A program made the translations under genes and the position numbers. From Acidobacteriota bacterium (GTDB lineage: Bacteria; Acidobacteriota; Aminicenantia; Aminicenantales; Saccharicenantaceae), in the NCBI GenBank assembly GCA_039683095.1, contig JBDKSB010000012.1:92293-156292 (forward strand): DNA of 64,000 nucleotides, read 5' to 3'. The notes beneath the pieces are model-generated. The model saw nothing but the letters and a program-made list of their open reading frames with translations. It had not been told where the DNA came from and did not search any database. Of the stretch, positions 57,738 through 64,000 are shown in pieces. The first letter of the stretch is position 1. Each line of letters begins with the position of its first letter.

Positions 57738-58763
57738 ATGAAAAGATCGACGGCTTCGATCCTGACGCTTTTCGCGGCCCTGGCCGCGTTCTCCTGCGCC
57801 AAACCGGCGAAAAGCCGCGAGGCCCTGATCGAGGAGGTCCTGTTAAAGAAGCAGGACGTCACCATCGTGGTCACGGACTCGGGACTGGGCGGGTTGTCGG
57901 TCGCGGCCGACATCGCCGCCCGGCTGCCGGGCAGCGGCGTCTTTCGCCGGGCCCGCATCGTTTTCTACAACGCCCTCTTCGACAACCTCGGCTACAACGG
58001 CTTGGCCTCCGAAGCCGAGAAGGACCGCATCTTCGACGTCGTTCTCCGGGCCATGAAAAAGCGCTACCGGCCCGACATCCTGCTCATCGCCTGCAACACC
58101 CTGTCGGTCGTCTACGACCGGACGGCCTTCTCCCGAAAAGCGCCCTTCCCGGTGGTCGGCATCGTCGATACGGGCGTCGACCTCATCGCCCGGCAATTCG
58201 AAAAGACCCCCGGGGCCACGGCCATCCTCTTCGGGACGAAGACCACGATCGAGAACGAAGCGCACAAGAAGGCCCTCGTGGCCCGGGGGTTCCCGGCCGA
58301 ACGGATCGTCGGCCAGGCCTGCCACAAGCTGGCCGGGGCGATCGAGCGGGGCATCGCGACGGAGGAGACGGTGGGTTACATCCGCCGGTTCGTGGACGAG
58401 GCCCTGGCCAAGACCGGCCCCGCCGCCGGGCCCCTGTTCGCCAGCTTCAACTGCACCCACTACGGCTACGCCCGGCAGCAGTTCGCCGAGGCCTTCGCCG
58501 CGGCCGGGCGCCCGGGGATCGAGCTCCTCGATCCCAACCCGCTCATGGGCGACGTCCTCTTCCGGCCGGCCTATCTCCACAGGCATCCGCGGACTGAGGT
58601 GGCCGTCGAGGTCGTCTCCAAGCTGGAGATCACCGAGCAGGAACGCGGGGCCATCGGGCCGCTCCTCGAAGCGGTCTCCCCGGCCGTGGCCGCGGCCTTC
58701 CGGAACTACACCCTCGACCCGAAGCTCTTCGAGGTCGCCTTCGAGCGGCCGAAGAAGAAATAG
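57738..58763 (+). CDS. Exported glutamate-racemase homologue (Asp/Glu racemase superfamily) with lipoprotein signal
   Basis: Signal and lipobox MKRSTASILTLFAALAAFSC. VTDSGLGGLSV (MurI DSGxGG), ILLIACNTLS (catalytic Cys1), FNCTHYGY (catalytic Cys2 CTHY). Confidence 0.65.
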   Translation: MKRSTASILTLFAALAAFSCAKPAKSREALIEEVLLKKQDVTIVVTDSGLGGLSVAADIAARLPGSGVFRRARIVFYNALFDNLGYNGLASEAEKDRIFDVVLRAMKKRYRPDILLIACNTLSVVYDRTAFSRKAPFPVVGIVDTGVDLIARQFEKTPGATAILFGTKTTIENEAHKKALVARGFPAERIVGQACHKLAGAIERGIATEETVGYIRRFVDEALAKTGPAAGPLFASFNCTHYGYARQQFAEAFAAAGRPGIELLDPNPLMGDVLFRPAYLHRHPRTEVAVEVVSKLEITEQERGAIGPLLEAVSPAVAAAFRNYTLDPKLFEVAFERPKKK

Positions 58764-58778
58764 GACTCCGGGCGCCGG

Positions 58779-60578
58779 TCAGCGGCCGAGGACCTTCCCG
58801 GCCAGCGTCCCGGTGAAATTCCCGCCGTCGAGGACCATCCGGCCGTTGATGAGGAGATGGCGGACCCCCCGGCTGAGCCGGTGCGGGGCCGAGATCGAGG
58901 ACGGCACGGCGATCCCCTTGAGGTCGAGGACGACGATGTCGGCCGCCGCGCCCTCGGCGATCCGCCCCCGGTCTGGCCAGTTCATGATATCGGCCGGGAG
59001 CGACGTCTGGGAGCGGATGGCCTGGGCCAGCGTCAGGACCTTGCGTTCCAGGGCGTATCTCTGGATCTTGTAGAGGAACGTCGAGTAGGAGCGGGGATGC
59101 GGCCGGTCGACCCCGTAGACGGGCAGGATGCCGTCGCTGCCCGTGGCCACGTAGTCCTTCTTCATGACGGCCTCGATGTCCGGCTCGCACATGTTGAAGG
59201 GGACGGCCAGCGTCCCGGCCAGCTCCAGCTCGATGGCCGTGTCGACGACCGTCTTGTTCCGCAGGGCGGCGACGGCCGCCAGGGACTTCCCTTCGATCGA
59301 CTCGTCGGCCGCGATGGCGATGATCATGTTCTCCGCGCCGACATCGTCGTAATAGGCCTGGATGGCGGCGCGGATGGCCCGGGCCTCCTCCGGCTGGCCC
59401 AGGCGCCGGACGAAGAGGGCCCGTTCCCTCTCGTTCGCGGCTCCCCGCGTCCGTCCCTCGAGTACGGCCGCCGCGACGAGGTCGACGAAGCGGTCCCGCG
59501 GCAGGCCGTTCAGGAAAGCGAGGTGTGGCGGCGACAGCGGGACCCAGGGCGTGCACTTGGCGTAAAGCTCGAGCAGCTCGGCGTCGCGGATATGGGCGAA
59601 GGCCCGGCTCAGATCGGCCGTCCCGAGGCCCGGCTCGCCGCCGCGCCAGGCCTCGGCCGGAACGAGCGGCGAGTACGGCTCGGTGTTGGAGAAGCGGTAG
59701 GGGTATTGGTCGGCCGTGATCTTGAGCCCGCGGGCCCGGGCCGCCTCGATCAGGCGCATGGCCTCCCCGACCAGGCCCCAGTTGGCCCGGCGCATGACCT
59801 TGAAGTGGGAGATGTTGGCCCGCACGCCGGCCCCTTCGGCTATGGCGATGCACTCCCCGACGGCCTCGAGCAAACGGCCACGCTCGTTGCGGACGTGGGA
59901 GTGGTAGATGCCGCCGTATGGGGCGATGACCTTGACCAGCTCGAGGATCTCGTCGGTCTTGGCGTAAAGGCCGGGCCGGTAGATGAGCCCGGTCGAGAGG
60001 CCGACGGCGCCCTGCTCCATGGCCTCTTTGACCAGGGCTTTCATCCGCCCGAGCTCGTCCGGCGTCGGCGCCCGGTCCTCCATGCCCATGACGAGCTGGC
60101 GGACCTGGCCATGGCCGACGAGCAGGGCGATGTTCAGGCCGACGCCCTCGTCCGTGAAGCGCCGGATCTGGTCGGAGGCCTTCTCGAAGATGGGCCAGGC
60201 GCTCGAGCCGCACTGCCCGGCGACGAGCGTCGTCACGCCCTGGGTCAGGTAGCCCAGCGGGGCCCGGTGCTCGGGAAAGACCAGGGCCCGGTCGACGTGG
60301 GTGTGGAGGTCGATGAAGCCCGGCGCGACGTAGAGGCCGCGGGCATCGATCGTCCGGGCGGCCGGGCCACGTAGGGACGGCGCGACCCGGACGATGCGGC
60401 CGTCCTTGACCGCGATGTCGGCCCGGAAGGCCGGCTTCAGCGACCCGTCGAGGACGAGGCCGTTCTTGATGAGGATGTCGAAGTCCGGGCCGGCGGCGGC
60501 CAGCCGGTTCGGGGCGCCGGCGGCCAGGCCGAGCGCCAGGGCCAGGAGGACGGAGAGGCGAACGGGGCGGCGTTCCAT
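58779..60578 (-). CDS. N-acyl-D-amino-acid deacylase (D-aminoacylase) family amidohydrolase, secreted
   Basis: Start MERRPVRLSVLLALALGLAAG (signal peptide). GFIDLHTHVD metal-binding motif. 599 aa. The upstream part of the track ORF is artefact. Confidence 0.8.
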   Translation of the reverse strand: MERRPVRLSVLLALALGLAAGAPNRLAAAGPDFDILIKNGLVLDGSLKPAFRADIAVKDGRIVRVAPSLRGPAARTIDARGLYVAPGFIDLHTHVDRALVFPEHRAPLGYLTQGVTTLVAGQCGSSAWPIFEKASDQIRRFTDEGVGLNIALLVGHGQVRQLVMGMEDRAPTPDELGRMKALVKEAMEQGAVGLSTGLIYRPGLYAKTDEILELVKVIAPYGGIYHSHVRNERGRLLEAVGECIAIAEGAGVRANISHFKVMRRANWGLVGEAMRLIEAARARGLKITADQYPYRFSNTEPYSPLVPAEAWRGGEPGLGTADLSRAFAHIRDAELLELYAKCTPWVPLSPPHLAFLNGLPRDRFVDLVAAAVLEGRTRGAANERERALFVRRLGQPEEARAIRAAIQAYYDDVGAENMIIAIAADESIEGKSLAAVAALRNKTVVDTAIELELAGTLAVPFNMCEPDIEAVMKKDYVATGSDGILPVYGVDRPHPRSYSTFLYKIQRYALERKVLTLAQAIRSQTSLPADIMNWPDRGRIAEGAAADIVVLDLKGIAVPSSISAPHRLSRGVRHLLINGRMVLDGGNFTGTLAGKVLGR

Positions 60579-60586
60579 CGAACCCC

Positions 60587-61447
60587 CTATTTCTTCAGCG
60601 GGACGATCCCGGCCATCTCGCCGATGACGTTGACCAGATCCTTGTCCGAAGGCACGATGATCTTGGCGTTGGCTTGAAGCGCGGTCTCCAGGGCCTGGAG
60701 GCGGCGCAGGATCTGGGCGTTTCCGACGAAGTACTTCTCGGCCGCCTCGTTGACCAGCCGGATGGCCTCGGCCTCGCCCTGAGCCTCGAGGATCTTGGCC
60801 TGGCGGACGCCCTCGGCCTTCTTGATCTCGGCCCGGCGGTCGCCGTCGGCCGACGTTTCCTTGGCCGTGGCGAAGTCGATGGCGGCGATCTTCTCGTTCT
60901 CGGCCTTGACGACCTTGTTCATCGTCTCCTGGACGTCCTTGGGCGGGTCGATCTCCTTGAGCTCGGTCCGGACGATGTCGATGCCCCAGCGCGCCGTCTC
61001 TGTGGACAGGGTCTTGAGCAGCTCCTCGTTGATCTTGCCCCGCTCGCTGTTGGCCGATTTCAGGGTCAGGGTGCCGATGATGTTGCGCAGGGTCGTCCGG
61101 GCCAGGTTGACGATCTGCCACTGGAAGTTGTTGACGTGGTACTGGGAGGCCTTGACGCTGGCCTCGTCCTCCTTGACCCGGAAGTAGACCTGGGCGTCGA
61201 CGCGGGCGTTGAGGTTGTCGTTGGTGATGATCTCCTGGGGCGCGGCGTCGACCATCATCTCGGTGATGTTGATCTGGCGCAGCTGTTCGACGACCGGGAT
61301 GACCCAGTTGAATCCGGGCGTCGCGAAACGTTGGTACTTGCCCAGCCGCTCGACCAGGCCGCGGTGGGTCGGCCGGACGATGCGGATGCCAAGAAGAAAG
61401 ATGAAGACGACCAGGCCGGCGATCCAAAGATAAACAGCCATTTGCAT
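60587..61447 (-). CDS. SPFH/Band-7 (stomatin/prohibitin-like) membrane protein
   Basis: N-terminal TM helix. SPFH core and C-terminal coiled-coil/Ala-rich region. Confidence 0.85.
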   Translation of the reverse strand: MQMAVYLWIAGLVVFIFLLGIRIVRPTHRGLVERLGKYQRFATPGFNWVIPVVEQLRQINITEMMVDAAPQEIITNDNLNARVDAQVYFRVKEDEASVKASQYHVNNFQWQIVNLARTTLRNIIGTLTLKSANSERGKINEELLKTLSTETARWGIDIVRTELKEIDPPKDVQETMNKVVKAENEKIAAIDFATAKETSADGDRRAEIKKAEGVRQAKILEAQGEAEAIRLVNEAAEKYFVGNAQILRRLQALETALQANAKIIVPSDKDLVNVIGEMAGIVPLKK

Positions 61448-61523
61448 TTGTCTCCTCCCTGCGATGACGCGCTTTTCAGACTTTATCGCCGCCCTTCCGG
61501 AAAGTCAACCAAGAGGGGGTCGG

Positions 61524-62240
61524 CTACATCTTCCAGGTGCCGGCGACGATGAGGTTCGCCCCGGTCATCGCCGCCGCCTTGTCCGAGGCGCAGTAGGCCA
61601 CAGCCCCGGCGACGTCCTCGAAGGTTCCGATCTGGGACTCCGAGACGTTCTTCAGGGAAGGCATGGCGCCGCCCCGGATGAGCCCGGGCGAGACCATGTT
61701 GATCGTGATCCCGTTCACGATCTCGGCCGCTGCGGCGGTCCGCGTCAGGGTGAGCAGGCCGGTCTTGGCCACGGCGTAGGCGGCGATGGTGGGGAAGGCG
61801 CCGAGATGCTCGGCCCGGCTGTAGCCGATGTTGACGATCCTCCCCCACTTCCGCCTGCGCATGCCGGGCAGGGCCGCCTTCAGGCAGAAGTAAGGCCCGA
61901 GCAGGTTGCCCCGGAGGGCCTTGTCCCAATCGGCGACCTCCAGCTGGTCCCAGGGCTTGACCAGGAAGGGCCCGACGTTGTTGACCAGGATGTCGACCCG
62001 GGCGAACCGCTCCTCGACCTTCTTGATCAGGCCGGCGGCCTGGGCCTTCTTGGTCAGGTCGGCCCGGAAGACGGCCGAGAGCTTGCCCTTCTCGCGGATG
62101 GCCGCGGCCAGCTCCTGGGCCTCCTCGCGCCTGCTGAAATAGTGGACGGCCACGCCGGAGACGTCCTCGGCCAGCCGCAGGGCGATGGCTCGGCCGATGC
62201 CGCGGCTGGCCCCGGTGACGAGGGCGATGCGCAGGCTCAT
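61524..62240 (-). CDS. Short-chain dehydrogenase/reductase (FabG-like)
   Basis: TGASRGIG cofactor motif, NNVG, catalytic YSRAEHLGAFPTIAAYAVAK (YxxxK). Confidence 0.85.
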   Translation of the reverse strand: MSLRIALVTGASRGIGRAIALRLAEDVSGVAVHYFSRREEAQELAAAIREKGKLSAVFRADLTKKAQAAGLIKKVEERFARVDILVNNVGPFLVKPWDQLEVADWDKALRGNLLGPYFCLKAALPGMRRRKWGRIVNIGYSRAEHLGAFPTIAAYAVAKTGLLTLTRTAAAAEIVNGITINMVSPGLIRGGAMPSLKNVSESQIGTFEDVAGAVAYCASDKAAAMTGANLIVAGTWKM

Positions 62241-62244
62241 GGCG

Positions 62245-63771
62245 TCACGCCAGGGTCCCGACGGCCTTCTCGACCGCGTCCAGGATCTCCCCGGACGCCA
62301 CGACCTCCTTGAGCGCGTTGATGTCGTTGTAAAGGGGCCGGTCCTCTTCGAGGCGCGCGACGTGCTTGCGGATGACGTCGTAGGCGGCCTGGGTGCCCTT
62401 CCCGGGCCGGACCGGCTTGCGGAAATCGAGGGCCTGGGCCCCGGCCATGAACTCGATGGCCAGGACGGCCTGGGCGTTGTCGAGGATCTGGCGGGTCTTG
62501 AGGGCCGTGGTCATGCCCATGCTGACGAAGTCCTCCTGGTCCGCGGCGGCCGGGATGGAGCCGGTGGCGGCCGGATGGGACAGGACGCGGTTCTCGCAGA
62601 CGAGGGCCCCGGCCGTGTACTGGCTCAGCATCAGGCCCGAGAACATGCCCGCGCCCTTGGTCAGGAAGGCCGGCAGGCCGGCGCTGAGATGCGGGTTCAT
62701 CAGCCGGTTGTGGCGGCGCTCGGACAGGACCGCGATCGTGGTCACGGCGGTGCCGAGGAGCTCGAGCGGGAAGGCCATGGGCACGCCCTGGAAATTGGCC
62801 CCGGTCAGGACGAGCTGCTCGTCGGGGAAGAAGACCGGGTTGTCGGCCGCGCCGTTGATCTCGATCTCGATCATGTAGCGGGCCCACTTGAGGGCGTCGC
62901 GGCCGGCGCCGACGACCTGGGGTGTGCTGCGAAGGCTGTAGGCGTCCTGGACCTTCTTGCCCGGCTGGGCCAGGAGCTCGCTTCCCTCGGTGATGCGGCG
63001 GACGTTGGCCGCCGATTCCAGCGCGCCGGGATAGCCGCGGGTCTTGTGGAGGCGCTCGTCGTAGGCCTTCATGTTGGCGTTGAGGGCCTCGAGGGTCATG
63101 GCCGCGGCGATCTCGGAAGCCTTGAGCCAGCGGTGGACGTCGTAAACGGTCAGCGCGGCCATGCCGGCGATGACGTTCGAGCCGTTGATCATGGCCAGGC
63201 CGTCCCGGGCGTGGAGGACGAGCGGCGTGATGCCGGCCCGCTTGAGGGCCTCGGCCCCGGGCAGGCGCTCGCCCTTGTAGAAAGCCTCGCCCTCGCCCAT
63301 CGGGACCAGGGCCATCTGGGCCATCGGCGAGAGGTCACCGCAGGCGCCGACCGAGCCCTTCTCGCACATGACCGGGGTGACGCCCTTGTTGAGGAGCTCA
63401 GCCAGGGTCTCGGTGACGACCGGCCGGAGCCCGGAGTGGCCGTGGCAGTGGCAGTTGATGCGGCCGAGGATGGCCGCCCGGACGATGTCTTCGGGCATGG
63501 GCTGGCCGTAGCCCGCGGCATGGCTGTAGATGAGGTAGCGCTGGAACTTCTCGACCTGCTCCTGGGTCAGGACGACGTTGGCCAGCTCGCCGATGCCCGT
63601 ATTGACGCCGTACATGATCTCTTTCTTCTGGATCTTGTCCTCGAGCAGGGCCCGGCATTTCTCGATGCGCTTCTTGGCCTCCGGGTCCAGGGCGACGGGG
63701 ACGCGGCCGCGCGCCACCTCGACGACCCTCTCGACGGTCAGACCCGTGCCGGTCAGGTTGATAGCCATGGG
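62245..63771 (-). CDS. Aromatic/histidine ammonia-lyase family (HAL/PAL/TAL) enzyme with Ala-Cys-Gly at the MIO position
   Basis: Start MAINLTGTGLTVERV. GSVGACGDLSPMAQ aligns to the HAL GSVGASGDLAPLAH. Codon TGC confirmed on the DNA at ~63335. Confidence 0.8.
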   Translation of the reverse strand, partial: PMAINLTGTGLTVERVVEVARGRVPVALDPEAKKRIEKCRALLEDKIQKKEIMYGVNTGIGELANVVLTQEQVEKFQRYLIYSHAAGYGQPMPEDIVRAAILGRINCHCHGHSGLRPVVTETLAELLNKGVTPVMCEKGSVGACGDLSPMAQMALVPMGEGEAFYKGERLPGAEALKRAGITPLVLHARDGLAMINGSNVIAGMAALTVYDVHRWLKASEIAAAMTLEALNANMKAYDERLHKTRGYPGALESAANVRRITEGSELLAQPGKKVQDAYSLRSTPQVVGAGRDALKWARYMIEIEINGAADNPVFFPDEQLVLTGANFQGVPMAFPLELLGTAVTTIAVLSERRHNRLMNPHLSAGLPAFLTKGAGMFSGLMLSQYTAGALVCENRVLSHPAATGSIPAAADQEDFVSMGMTTALKTRQILDNAQAVLAIEFMAGAQALDFRKPVRPGKGTQAAYDVIRKHVARLEEDRPLYNDINALKEVVASGEILDAVEKAVGTLA

Positions 63772-63904
63772 GAGAGCCTCCTCGGAGTGATGGTCAGGAT
63801 CGCGACTCATGGTGAGCCCTATCACTTTAACCGAAGTCCGGGAAGGGGTCAAACCCGGGGGCCGGCTGGCCCGGCCCGGCCGTGTTGCCGTCCGGCGGCC
63901 GCTG

Positions 63905-63918
63905 TGCTATTAATAGCA
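63905..63918. promoter_or_regulatory. Perfect 14-bp palindrome TGCTATTAATAGCA between divergent genes
   Basis: Read directly. Lies between the ammonia-lyase start (63771, minus) and the epimerase start (63955, plus). Confidence 0.4.
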
Positions 63919-63954
63919 TTCTGTATTCGATCGATCGCGAGCGGAGATACGCCG

Positions 63955-64000
63955 ATGACCAAAGAGACCAAGCGCATTCTTATCACGGGCGCGGCCGGAC
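63955..64000 (+). CDS. NAD-dependent epimerase/dehydratase family protein, N-terminal fragment only
   Basis: MTKETKRILITGAAG is the Rossmann start motif GxxGxxG. Truncated by the window end. Confidence 0.5.
   Translation, partial: MTKETKRILITGAAG

Noticed and set aside
58630-61427. ORF 58630..60213(-) and the N-terminal 280 aa of ORF 58779..61427(-)
   Set aside because: The R/G/P-rich portion upstream of MERRPVRL is an in-frame read-through of intergenic and antisense DNA. The genuine D-aminoacylase starts at 60578, where a signal peptide begins. The next gene (SPFH) occupies 60587-61447.

Overview
High-GC (~70%) bacterial chromosomal segment with roughly 55 genes. Gene content points to Acidobacteriota or Gemmatimonadota: two CarbopepD_reg-type TonB-dependent receptors, a GWxTD-domain protein, many TPR fusions and many exported hydrolases. 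Major blocks in order: (i) partial SOS-mutagenesis cassette on the minus strand: lexA, catalytically intact Y-family polymerase (DinB-like), and DnaE2 running off the window edge. (ii) decayed zone with a frameshifted beta-propeller gene and a 3' remnant of an M23 peptidase. (iii) low-GC (~40%) S41 peptidase gene sitting exactly between two diverged ~115-bp direct repeats; each repeat carries a sigma70-like promoter and the first codons of a nitroreductase gene. (iv) transglutaminase-like protein, RRM RNA-binding protein with extended -10 promoter and long 5' UTR, and monomeric isocitrate dehydrogenase. (v) TolC-MacA-MacB(ATPase)-MacB(permease) efflux operon. (vi) two PHP-domain secreted proteins, then a co-directional cluster of an ankyrin/TPR protein, a papain-like lipoprotein and two unknown-function proteins, then creatininase, HtrA, AstE/AspA-family and a transporter. 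(vii) sugar ABC uptake operon (SBP, two permeases, two tandem MalK-like ATPases) plus Zn-ADH, divergent from a TonB receptor across a 317-bp AT-rich control region. (viii) GntR regulator, esterase-HExxH fusion, second TonB receptor with a Fur-box-like upstream site. (ix) neighbourhood of exported peptide-catabolic enzymes: C69-like Ntn hydrolase, sulfatase-TPR, gamma-glutamyltranspeptidase, an exported glutamate-racemase homologue and a D-aminoacylase. (x) SPFH protein, SDR, and a HAL/PAL-family ammonia-lyase with Ala-Cys-Gly where the MIO motif Ala-Ser-Gly is expected. No rRNA, tRNA or CRISPR array seen. Most long R/G/P-rich ORFs in the track are antisense high-GC artefacts.
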